NCBI GenBank assembly: GCA_009914755.4
Contig: CP068257.2
Span: 15,520,001-15,584,000, forward strand
Direction of reading: 5' to 3'
Origin: the human T2T-CHM13v2.0 reference genome, Homo sapiens
Length of the DNA stretch: 64,000 nucleotides
Positions 29,731 to 41,685 of the stretch are shown piece by piece. Numbering within the stretch: position 1 is the first letter of the stretch; each line of letters begins with the position of its first letter. The translations under genes and the position numbers were made by a program. The notes beneath the pieces are model-generated. The model searched no databases and was not told the DNA's origin. It saw nothing but the letters and a program-made list of their open reading frames with translations.

Positions 29731-32700
29731 TCTACCTCTTCAGAGCAACCACAAATTATTTGAGAGAGTTGTCCTGTCTTCTTTATCAATACAAAGTATG
29801 CAATCTACAGGTAAAGTCCATTTAAGGAAGTTTAAATTACTCCTCTCGGCCTCTTAAGTTGTTCAGAGACAATCTCGGCACCATGAAATATGTTTTCTAC
29901 TTAGTCTCATAGTATCCTCTTGATTTAATACTATGGAGATAGGTTGAATATCTCAAAAACATGACTTAAGAAGACACCAAGGGTCACCGGCCAATGTTCC
30001 TCCTACAGAAACAAAGAATTCAATCTTATAGATAACTCAAGAGAATAGAATCTCCTCATGATCATTCCCTCCCACTTTTCATTCTGTTCTTCTTTGCTGC
30101 TTTTAAACTCCTTTCCATTTCCCCTTTGCTTCTTTATATCTCTCTGCTCAAATACATACCAGAAACATTGGGACCAAGTCAGAGGTTTGAAGACTGAATA
30201 TTCTTTTCCCTTTGCTCACCACAGGGACTCCACCTATTCATCCTAACCAAAATATATGAACAAGCTGCAACTCACTGCCTACTTTCTATTAGTTCCATTC
30301 TCATTTGTTTTAAGGCCTCGGAATATTGCATATGGATAATAACATAAAAAGTAATAAGTCCTCTCACAATTCCTTGTGAAATAAAAATCTAGCAATGGGG
30401 GTGGGGAGGATTGACAGTCTAATCATCTATTATAATAGCAGTATTTTGTTTTTTGTTTTAAACAAACTGCAGTTTGGAATAGCAATCTGTTTTGTTTATC
30501 ATGTCAAGTTCTTATGAAAGTATTTCAGTTGGATTTCATCCAAAATCTATAACACACCATGTAATACATAATTTTGCTGTCATATGGTTGCAAATTTTGA
30601 CACTTATTTTGCCAGAAAATACAGGTATGAATATGAAAGAGGCCCCCTCAGAGATTTATTGCTTAGTATCCCAGTAGTTCCTCAGTCTTTCTTTGTCGAA
30701 GCTCAACCAGCCAGTATTTTACCAAGCAGATTTTGTTGCCCTTTGTTTCTGTTTAGATTTCCTTAAAAATTACCCTTCAAAAAATCCATAGGCTAATTTT
30801 TTTTATTTTTATTGCTAATTGTTCCTAATTCTTCAACATTAAATGGTATAAACTGTCTTGGATATTCATAGCTAAAATAAATGCAGACAATTTTACAATT
30901 TCCTTGAATGGTCATGGTTGTACAATGAAACTTTTTGTTACTCTTTCAATTGCACATAAAAATTACTCTTTTTCTCTTTGTCTATCTACCTCAAAATTCT
31001 TTGTTTCAAGTATACAAATGAGTCATTAGTGAAAGCAAAATGGGTACTTTTTATCTAAGGAAGGTTAAAACTTAACTTACTTTAAAATTCAGCATTTTCT
31101 GGGTTAAATTAGAACACTACTTCAATATCTGCAATTCAAATAAGTCCTCTGAGAAATTGGCCTCCATAACCAGTGACGTGCTGCTGAACTGAACAGATCT
31201 CCAAAATATCCTAACAGATTTCTTTCTTTCATTGTAGAATTGTTTCCATCTGGTGCTTAGATATTAAACCTGGAATATGTAAAGGCTCTCCTCTCTCACC
31301 CTGTTTGACTTCCAAATGCTGGCAAATAATTTGCATTGTCAATGAATTGAGGATTAAAATTTTGAACTTAACTGAGTAGCTGCAAGATGCAAAATTTAAA
31401 GTGATAGATCTTCAAAGTAGTGAATTTTTCTCTTTTAATTTTGAGAAATGGAGACTTGAAATGTTACTTGTTTGTAGAACATTCTAATTTGAACTTTATT
31501 TGCTTAAAAAGAATAAAAATTTTCTCAATTTTTATCCCAAGTTCAGGATATCAAAACATGAATTTATGAACAGTATTATAGGCCAAATTTTTGAGTACTT
31601 AAATCAGAATATTAGCATCTAAAAATACTTGCATGCATATATTTCAAGAGATAAGCAGATAGCTATTTAGACGTATACATGTTGAAGTTTCCAAGACCCT
31701 CGGTCACTGACAGTGATTTCTTCATGAAAATTTTAAGGAGGCTTCACAGTAATAGAAAATAATGTCTGACTTTTACGATTGGCAACATTTTTCATGGCAT
31801 TTTAACTGGAAAGCACAGAGTTACTTCTGAGAAACATAATTGCTTCCAGAAATGTTTAACCCACTAGGAGAATGTTTACATGAAGTGAGCAATAGTCACA
31901 AGAAGTGAATAAACCAATTCTATGCACACAGCAGTGTAAAAAGCCTGGAAGCAGGCATACAGGGATCTGTAAGAGAACCAATGCAGGACATGATCATTCT
32001 GTTCAATTGTTTTCTTATTGTCAGTAGTCTGGCAACTTCCACCCATTCCCCTTTAACCCAGCAGTTGATAGCACATGGCTTCCAGAGCAAATAGTCAACC
32101 AGTTCTCTTTTCCAAATCTTCACATTTAAGTCTGTCTTCCCCCTGACCATGCCTTTCTTTCTGACATTCCATTATACTTTCTTCACATTGTGTCTCATTT
32201 AATTGCTTCCTTTAATCTCTTTTTCTTAAATTTGATCTGCCTTGATCTGGAATATTTTCTGATGCACTGAAGTAAAACTGGTCATTCTCCATTTCATAGC
32301 TAGTTAAAAAGATAACTTTGAGTTCCTACACACACTTGGAACTGCTCACCATCTCTGCCAGTGTGCTCACATTTACTTAAAAAAAAAAAAGTCTAAGAAG
32401 ACTTACGGCAAAGCATTACCTTGAGAAGGACAGTTAAGAATGTTTTGCTGATAGGCATATAATCACTTGACTGATTTTCACAAACATTTGTGGGAATCTG
32501 TTAAAGTATCTTAGTCCAGTTCGGTCTCAGCAGGACCCAACATCTTGACCCAAAGGCCTCCAAACAAAAAGATTCATTAAAGTGGTGAAAATTTTCCATA
32601 AAACTTTAAGACATCAAAGAACTAATTTCTGTAGTTCCCTGCCATGCAAAATATTACAGTATAAGTTTAGAGCTAATATTGGAACTAGAATAATCTAGAA

Positions 32701-32892
32701 CAGATAGATATTCTCAAAATATTGTACATACTTTAAACTAAAATCTAAAAAAGATCCAAAAACACCCGTTGCAGTTTGCAACATGAGTCTTACAGAAAAT
32801 TACAATGTGTACTTCTAGCTAAAAGGAGCAAACAAACAAAAATCAACGCTAAGTGAATGATGTAACTGTTTTGTATCTTTTCATCCACTCAA

Positions 32893-33030
32893 AAAGAAGA
32901 AAGAAAGAAGAAAGAGAGAGAGAGAGGAAGGAAGGGAGGAAGGAAGGAAGGAAGGAAGGAAGGAAGGAAGGAAAGAAGGAAGGAAGGAAGGAAGCGAAGG
33001 AAAAGAAGGAAAGGAAGGAAAGGAAGGAAG
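32893..33030. repeat. (GGAA)n/(GAAA)n purine microsatellite.
   Basis: 'gaaagaaagaagaaagagagagagagaggaaggaagggaggaaggaaggaaggaaggaaggaagg...'. ORFs 32853-33050 and 32889-33146 are its translation (RKEGRKEGRK...). Confidence 0.9.
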
Positions 33031-35024
33031 ATTTTATTTCCTCCGATTAAAAGTTGCATTTTCTTTTCTGTCTCCTTTTTTCCTTCCTCTCCCCCATCTG
33101 CCCACTGTTCCCTCTTTCCTTTTCTCCATTTGTATGACAGTGGCACTGATTCAAAGAAGGGGTGGAGTCCGAAATTTTGGGTGGTCTTAGTAAAGCTTTA
33201 GTCTTTGGCTAACCTCTCCTTAAATTGGTCAGAAGCCAAAAATTTCCAGTATTAGGGAGAGTCACTTTGAAAAGTTGTATATGCATGTCTGTGTGCATGT
33301 CAATATATTTGCTCTGGCTTAACAAGAAAAACTGAACAACATATCCCTGTGTAAGCTGTGGTTCTTATTTGGTTTCAGTGTTCATTTATTTCAGTTTATT
33401 GTTTGACATCTCCCACTAGCTAAGCCAGGAAACTCATGGCAGATCTTCAAAAAATAACTCCACTCCCACATTTCTTTTTTTCTTTGTTCTGATTCTTTAC
33501 TCTCTCTTACCCTCAAAAAGTTTAATGAAACAAGTGTTCAGGGAAAGATAGTATTTGCTTATTGTATCTTATTATAGTTTTAAGAACCAAACATAAAGTC
33601 TCCCTTACAGCTTCTCTGTTTTATTATAAAATTATACTTGATTCAGATTTGTTTTGAAAGACCAGTTTACTTTTTTTAATTAAAAAGAGGAATACAATGT
33701 CCTTTCCATAAGTAGACTCACAAAGAAGGTAGGAGTCATTTTCTTCCATTAATGTCACAACAAAACAGTCTTACATACTCTGAATTGGAGTGAAAATTAG
33801 AGAAATAAATCACCTGCATGATGAGCATACATTATCATGGAATTTTTAAAGGCCTCATCTTTTGGGTACCTGGCAATAACTAAGCAAAAATAACCAACAG
33901 GGTAAAAAAATGCCACCATCATTTCAATGAAAATAACCAAACTGCTCCCAGAAAACAAAGTAGCAAATCCATTTAGGCTCACTGGTGCATGTCTGGAACT
34001 TTCCAAATGAAACCTTGCATCAAAGAAAAGTTTAAACACTTTTCTTCAAGATCAGTCAAAACTAAACTAAAATTGCAGGCTTAAAGAGTTACAAATTTCC
34101 ACTCTTAAAAGCAATCTTATTTTGTTTGATTGCAGTTGGGTCCAAAGCAAGAAATGAAATATTTAAAATGGAGGATTTGTAATATATTACTGGTATCCTT
34201 TCTTAAGTGGCTATCCCTCCAAAGAATGCCAAAACTTTGTAGACTTGATTGGATTGGTACTGGAAATGGTAAACAACACTGCAAAATAATGAAGAGAACA
34301 TTTTATCCAAGTTAGCACAAATGAATAAGCTTTATTTTTAAATGAAAAATTCCAAAGATACTGATTCACAAAAAGAGGGAGCATTTCAAGTTCACATTAG
34401 AAAAGTCATTGGTAGGAACCAACAATACAGTATTTAGTGTAGCTGTTCTGGAACAAAATGGAGCTAAATTGATTAAGCAGGGATATGAGCTACAAAATGA
34501 ATATCAGATATAACAGACTAATGCTTTAAAGAACTACAAGCTGCTGATTCTCAATAGCCTTATGAGTTTTTAATTCTTACATTATAGAATTCTATAAACC
34601 AAATCACCTTCAAAATGATAATAAATTGAAAATCTTCAAAATAATCAATCTTCTTTGAATGTGCTTCTATTCAAAAAGAATGTGAGAATTGAGTTTTTCC
34701 AAAAAGTGACAAACCTAATTTCAGTGATGATGACTTTTTTTATTTCCAACTGGAGAAAGAGGCAAAGATCTAGTTGCTATTTAAGTTTGACAAAGTCTAC
34801 ATTTTGAGGAAATCTTATTATCCTTAGAATATTTAGAATAATGCTAGTAGTTAAGAGTGAACAATACTGTCTCTGTTTCTATATAGCAGAATGAGCACAT
34901 GCATCTAATTGCAATATTATCTGACAGTCTACTTAAACTACAGTAAAGTATTTTTTAAAAGATTTAAACCCACAAAGACACAAAGAATAAGAATAAAGAT
35001 AACACTGCATTGTGAGAGTTGAAT

Positions 35025-35070
35025 GACACACACAGACACACACACACACACAGAGAGAGAAAGAGAGAGA
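35025..35070. repeat. (CA)n-(GA)n compound microsatellite.
   Basis: 'cacacacagacacacacacacacacagagagagaaagagagaga'. Confidence 0.8.
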
Positions 35071-35344
35071 TTGACTAACGGCTATTTCCTCCCACTAGTA
35101 GTTATGGGAAACTTAGGGTAAAATCTAATTTATGTCAGAGAATACTCAAAAGGCATAGGAACTAACAGCAACAGGTGACTTTATAATGAGGGTTTATGGG
35201 AGACAGGAGATAAAATAAAGAGGCCCAGAGAAAAGCTTTTTGAGAAACAAGCAGATCTCAGGATCCTCTACTTGATTCCATGTTGCTGAGCAAGTGCCCT
35301 ACCAGCACACGTGTAGAATGCTGGAAGCTTATTTTCTAGAAATG

Positions 35345-35375
35345 ATTAAAAAAATAAATAAATAAATAAATAAAA
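35345..35375. repeat. (AAAT)n microsatellite.
   Basis: 'aaaaaaataaataaataaataaataaaag'. Confidence 0.7.
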
Positions 35376-38163
35376 GAGGATACTTTCATTTCCTGTGGTT
35401 GTAGTAAAAGAAGTCACCACAAATGGGGGTTTCAAACTTCAAAAATGTATTCTCTCTCAGTTCTAGAGGTCAGAACTCTAAAATCAGTTTCACTGAATCA
35501 AATGCAAGGTGTTGGCAGGACCTCATTTCCTCCATGAGAGAGTCCCTCCCTGACTTCTTCTAGCTTTCTCAAATGGCTGTGGCTCTCCAAACTCTGCCTG
35601 TATAGTCACACCGTCTCCTTTCCTGTGCATGTCAAATCTCCCTCTGCCTCTCTTTCACAAGGGTACAAGAGATCTCACCCAAATAATGCAATACAGTCCT
35701 ACCATGTCAAGATTCTTAGTTAGATCTGCAAAGACCCTTATTTCTTATAAGGTAATATTTTCAGGTTCCAGGGATTAGGACTTGATGTGTTTTGGTGGCC
35801 ATTAAAAATAGTGCCCTTGCTCTAATACAAAGAATATGTAATTTGCGAATGCCAGGCACCGTTGAGGGCATAGGTACCATAAATGACTATATGAAAAGAA
35901 ACACACCAACTTCTTCCTCACTTAGCTTCCATAATGCCAAAAAAAGTGGACTCTTACCTTCCCTTAAATAGATCTAAAAGCTCTACTGTAAGGAACTTGA
36001 TTAGTCCAAAAAGAAAGTTCTAAAGTTAGTGCCCCCAAAATGCCCCCACCACCAGATTATTCTGCAGTGAAGCTCAAAGTCAACAAATCAGATCCACATG
36101 ATCACAGTCTCCATTCAGTCTTTTATTCTTCCACTCTTAATCACAGGCATACAGAGATTGCCAGATATCTGAGAGAAGCTTCAAACATGGAAGATAGACT
36201 CTAAAATAAACAAACAAAAAGCAAATACCTCTTTGGGGGTAGCAGGCTATTCAAGGAAAGAAGCTTACTTTTTATAGTAGTGATAGCCTCTGAACAATAA
36301 AAACAGATGGAAACATTTAGAGACCTGAAAGAACAATAAAAAAATTTAAGAATTGAAAGACTTAAACTAAAATTATCTACCCATTCAGTCCATCAACATA
36401 TAAATAGAGAAAATAAGCCATTTTCAGATTTGCAAAATACCAAATTTTGATTTTCACGTAACCTTCCTCAAAAAGTTATTGAGGATGTTTACTCTGAACC
36501 AAAATGGAGTAATAGAAACTAGATTTAATCTCTTCCTTAATACAAACAAAAAAAGACAAAAATAATGAGAAAGCCATTTGAAAGACACAACATCAGGCAA
36601 CAAAGGTAAATCCTAATATTACCCCAGTTTACCACCTTGAGAGTTTACAGATCCAAAATGAGTGATGAAAAACTCAGATGGAGCCCAGAGGCTCCCTGAG
36701 TTGAGGACACAGAGATGAGACTCCAGAGAGATGAAGAACGAAGTTAGAGTTTCTAGGAAAGAGTACCAGAGAGGAGAGAGCTCACAGGACGAAACCCAGA
36801 GAACTGCAGAATGTGCCCCACAAGTAGCGATCAGTGCTATAAGTGAGAAGACTACCCAAAGTAGGGGGGAAAACACCCAAAAGGGCAGTGTTAACAGCAT
36901 CTGCTTCTCACACAGGGATGGTAAGAGGACCTCATCTCACCCAGCAATCTGGGAAACCTCTTTGTTTACAGGCATTGGATAGGATACACAGAAGGATCTC
37001 ATCTCTGGAGTACTTTTCCAGCCCTCTTAACACATCCAAGAAGCAAAAACTCAAAGGATCAATCTGCTTTCAAGTAACTTGACTGCATGCCCAAAAAAAC
37101 TCAAGAATATTTATAGGAAACAAAAGTGCACCGGACCCAAAAAAGGAAAATGCATAATATCCATCAACCAATCAAAAATTGCCAGTCAGACAAAAAGCAG
37201 GAAAATGTGATTCATTGTAAAGCAATAGAGCAATCAATATTAAACTGACCCAGAACTGAAAAAGATGTTAGAATTAGCAGACACATACATTTAAAATGTT
37301 ATTGTTACTATATTCCATATGTCCAGAAAATTGAGTAGACACATGGAAGATATCTTTTTTAACTCAAATCAAACATCTAAAGATGAAGATACTGGAGAAA
37401 AAATGAACTTGAAGATATAATAATAGAAACTATCCAAATATGAAACATAGAGAAAAAAAGAAAATGAATTTTTAAAAAACCATTGGTAGCTGTGAGACAA
37501 CTTCAAGCAGCCGAACATATGTGTATTTAGAGTCTTCCATGGAAAAGAGAAAGAGGAGGAAAAAGAACAAATATTTTAATAAATAACCTCAAAAACTATC
37601 CAAATTTGATGAAAACTATAAATCCACAGTCTAAAAAGTTCAATGAACCCTGAACACAAAAAATGTGAGGAAAACTGCATAAGAATACATCATAATAAAA
37701 TTGCTAAAAGCCGGTGATAAACAGAAAGTCTTAAAAGCAGCCAAAGTAAAAGCAAACACTATGTTCAGATGAAGAGACATCAAGATAAGAGCATATTTTT
37801 TGTTGGAAACAATGCAAGTGAAAAGACAGGAGAGTAATATATTTAAAGTACTAAAGGAAGAGAAAACTGTCAACTTAAAAATCTATACCTGAGAGATAAT
37901 ATCTTTGAAAATATCAATGAAAATAAAAGATTATTTTCGAAGTCAAAATAAAGATTATTTTCAGACATACAAAAGCCACAGGAATTTATCTCAAACATAC
38001 CAACAAATAATTAAGTTGAACAAATTCCTAATATTTGAAAACAAAAAAAATCACTTTCTAAATAATTCATAGGCCTAAAAAAATTAAAAGAACAAATTCG
38101 AGTGTATTTTAAACAGAATAAAAATGAAAGTGTGTTTTAAAAAGAATAAAAATAGAAGTGCAA

Positions 38164-38600
38164 TTGTTATGGGTTAAATTGTGCCCTCACCCCAAATTAT
38201 GTTCTTACCCTTAGTACACCAAAATGTGACTTTATTTGAAAATAGGATCATTACAGGTATAATCACTTAAGTTAAGATAAGGTCATACTGGATAGGGAAG
38301 GCTCTTAACCCAGTTTGGTTGGTGCCTTTGCAAGAAAAGGAGAAAAGACACACACAGAGAGAATACCAACTGATGACAGAGACAGAAATTAGAATGATAA
38401 ACCACCAAGCTAAGGAATACCAAGGATTGTTACCACCACCAGAAACTAAGAAAGGACAAGGAAAGATTCTGCCCAGTGACTGCAGGAGAACATTTTGGTG
38501 ACATTTCGACTCTGGACTTCTAGCCTCCAGAACTGTGAGAGAATAAATTACTGTTGTGTTAAGTGATGCAGCATGTGGTACTTTGTTACAGAAACCCTAG
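38164..38600 (+). mobile_element. MaLR (ERVL-MaLR, MLT1/MST-type) solo LTR inside the L1M.
   Basis: Starts 'tgttatgggttaaattgtgccctcaccccaaattatgttcttaccc' (compare MLT1 'tgt.atgg...aattgtgtcccc.aaaattcat'). Internally 'gactctggacttctagcctccagaactgtgagagaataaattactgttgtgttaagtgatgcag', compared with the MaLR motif 'cttggacttccagcctccagaactgtgagaaataaatgtttgttgtttataagc'. Confidence 0.6.
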
Positions 38601-38809
38601 AAACTAATATAACATATCAAAATGTATGGGATGCCCTTAAAATAGTACTTAACATTTAATTTAACCTACTTAATATTTATACTTGAAAATAAAAGTGATC
38701 TTGTCAATGACATTAGCTTCCAAAGCAGGAAGAGGAGAAGGAAAAAAATAAGTATCTGTGCAGAAATCAATTATCTAGAAATCACGAAACAAGTCAATGA
38801 AACCCAAAA

Positions 38810-40208
38810 CCCAAAACTCAAAACAGCATGGTACTGGTACCAAAACAGATATATAGACCAATGGAACAGAACAGAGGCCCCAGAAATAACACCACACATC
38901 TACAACCATCTGATGTTTGACAAACCTGATAAATACAAGCAATGGGGAAAGGATTCCCTATTTAATAAATGGTGATGGGAAAACTGGCTAGCCATATGCA
39001 GAAAACTGAAACTGGATCCCTTCCTTAAACCTTACACAAAAATTAACTCAAGATGGATTAAAGACTTAAATGTAAGACGTAAAACCATAAAAACCTTAGA
39101 ACAAAACCTAGGCAATACCATTCAAGACATAGGCATGGGCAAGGACTTCATGTCTAAAACACCAAAAGCAATGGCAACAAAAACCAAAATAGACAAATGG
39201 GATCTAATTAAACTGAAGAGCTTCTGCACAGCAAAAGAAACTATCATCAGAGTGAACAGGCAACCTAGAGATTGGGAGAAAACTTTTGCAATCTATCCAC
39301 CTAACAAAGGCTAATATCCAGAATCTACAAAGAACTTAAACAAATTTACAAGAAAAAAACAAACAACTCCATCAAAAAATGGGTGAAGGATATGAGCAGA
39401 CACCTCTCAATTGAAGACATTTATGCAGCCAACAAACTTACGAAAAAATGCTCATCATCACTGGTCATTAGAGAAATGCAAATCAAAACCACAATGAGAT
39501 ACCGTCTCACACCAGTTAGAATGGCAATCATTAAAAAGTCAGGAAACAACAGATACTGGAGAGGATGTGGAGAAATAGGAATGCTTTTACACTGTTGGTA
39601 GGAGTGTAAATTAGTTCAACCATTGTGGAAGACAGTGTGGTGATTCCTCAAGGACCTAGAATAAGAAATACCATTTGACCCAGCAATCCCATTACTGGGT
39701 ATATACCCAAAGGATTATAAATCATTCTACTGCAAGGACAGATGCACACGTATGATTATTGCAGCACTGTTCACAATAGCAAAGTCTTGGAACCAACCCA
39801 AATGCCCATCAATGATAGACTGGATTAAGAAAATGTGGCACATATACATCATGGAATACTATGCAGTCATAAAAAAGGATGAGTTCATGTCCTTTGCAGG
39901 GACATGGATGAAACTGGAAACCATCATTCTCAGCAAAGTAACACAGGAACAGAAAACCAAACACCGCATGTTCTCACTCATAAGTGACAGCTGAACAATG
40001 AGAACACATGGACACAGGGAGGGGAGCATCACACGCTGGGGCCTGTCAGAGGGTGGGGGGCTGGGGGAGGGATAGCATTAGGAGAAATAGCTAATGTAAA
40101 TGACGAGTTGATGGGTGCAAGAAACCAGCACGGCACATGTATACCTATGTAACAAACCTGCATGTTATGCATATGTACCTCAGAATTTAAAGTATAATTT
40201 AAAAAAGA
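38810..40208 (+). mobile_element. 5'-truncated L1PA (roughly L1PA5-8) 3' portion of about 1.4 kb: the ORF2 C-terminal third, the 3'UTR and an A-tail. Inserted in the L1M.
   Basis: From 'aaaacagcatggtactggtaccaaaacagatatatagaccaatggaacagaacagaggcc' (ORF2 ...[19 protein letters not shown]...) to '...ggagaaatagctaatgtaaatgacgagttgatgggtgcaagaaaccagcacggcacatgtatacctatgtaacaaacctgcatgttatgcatatgtacctcagaatttaaagtataatttaaaaaag'. ORFs 39383-39601 and 39752-39994 are ORF2 C-terminus. Confidence 0.85.
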
Positions 40209-40983
40209 AGAGGAAAGAAAATTTACATTCTAGCCAGACTGATCAGAAAAAAAAACAATGAAAGAGAAGACACAAGTTACCAACATAAAAAATGAGAGAG
40301 GTAGCACCACTATAAATTCTATGAATATTTAAAGAATAATAAGAAAACATTGTGAACATATTTGTGGCAACAAATTGACCAATTTAGATGAAATGAAAGA
40401 TTCAATATTATTGAGATGTGTATTCTCCCCAGTTTATAGATTCAACACAATCCCAATCAAAATCCTAGCAAGGCTGTAGAAACTTACAAGCTGATTCTAA
40501 AATTTATATGGAAATGCAAATAATCTAAAATACTCAAAACAACCTTGAATAAAAAGCCAAAATAGGAGAATTGACACTACACATGATATGAAGATTCATG
40601 ATAAAGCCATAGTAATCAAGATGATGCTATTGGCATCACACAAGATAAACATGTAGATCAATGAAACAAAAAGTGCTCAGAAATAAGTTCACACGTGTAT
40701 GGACAATGACTTTCAACAAAGATGCAAAGGCACAATTAATTGGAAAAGGACAGTCTTTTCAAAAAGAGTACTGGAAAAATTTAATTTCCATATGGAATAA
40801 ACAAACTTTGATCCATATCTCACACTGTATAAAAAATTAATTCAAAATAGATTATGCATTTAAATGTAAAATCTATAAGAAGTATAAAAACTTCTAGAAT
40901 ACAGCATAGGAGAAAATTTAGGTGACTGAGTTAAACAAGGTTTTATTACTTACTATACAAAAAGAACAATTTATAAAAGAACA

Positions 40984-41357
40984 TGTGTTAGTCCATTTTC
41001 ATGCTGCTGATAAAGACATACCCAAGACTGGGCAATTTACAAAAGAAAGAGGTTTAATTGGACTCACAGTTCCACATGGCTGGGGAGGCTTCAAAATCAT
41101 GGTGGAAGGCAAGGAGGAGCAAATTATGTCTTATGTGGATGGCGGCAGGCATAGAGAGCGAGCTTGTTCAGGGGAACTCCCATTTTTAAAAAACATCAGA
41201 TCTCAGAGACTCACTCACCATCACAGGAACAGCACAGGAAAGAGCCGCCCCCATGATTCAACCACCTCCCGCCAGTTTCCTCCCATGGCATGTGAGAATT
41301 GTGGAAGTTACAATTCAAGATGAGATCTGGGTGGGGACACAGCCAAACTATATCATA
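40984..41357 (-). mobile_element. THE1/MST-family (ERVL-MaLR) solo LTR, minus orientation.
   Basis: 'tgtgttagtccattttcatgctgctgataaagacatacccaagactgggcaatttacaaaagaaagaggtttaattggactcacagttccacatggctggggaggcttcaaaatcatggtggaaggcaaggaggagcaaa...agatgagatctgggtggggacacagccaaactatatca' is the reverse complement of the THE1/MSTA LTR consensus. Confidence 0.8.
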
Positions 41358-41422
41358 ACACATTTATAATTTTTACTTCATCAAAACTTAAAACTTCTGC
41401 ACTTCAAAAGGCTTTTTAAAAA

Positions 41423-41685
41423 TTTTTTGAGACGGGACTGGAGTGCAGTGGCACAATCTCAGCTCACTGCAGCCTCCATCTTCTACAATCCTCCCACCTT
41501 AGCTTCCCAAGTAGCTGGGACTACAGGTGTGTACCACTACATCCAGCCAACTTTTTCTTTTTTTTGGTAAAGATGAGGTCTCACTATATTGCCCAGGCTG
41601 ATCCCCAACTCCTGGACTCAAGCAGTCCTCCACCTCAGCCTTGCAAAGTGCTGGGATTACAAGCATGTGCCACTGTGCCTGGCCA
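41423..41685 (-). mobile_element. Alu (older subfamily) with a roughly 25 bp internal deletion near its left end, minus orientation.
   Basis: 'ttttgagacgggactggagtgcagtggcacaatctcagctcactgcagcctcc...gcaaagtgctgggattacaagcatgtgccactgtgcctggcc'. The segment 'gtctcgctctgtcgcccaggct' is missing. Confidence 0.8.

Noticed and set aside
32853-33146. ORFs encoding RKEGRKEGRK... and the antisense FLPSFLPSFLP....
   Set aside because: They are direct translations of the (GGAA)n microsatellite.
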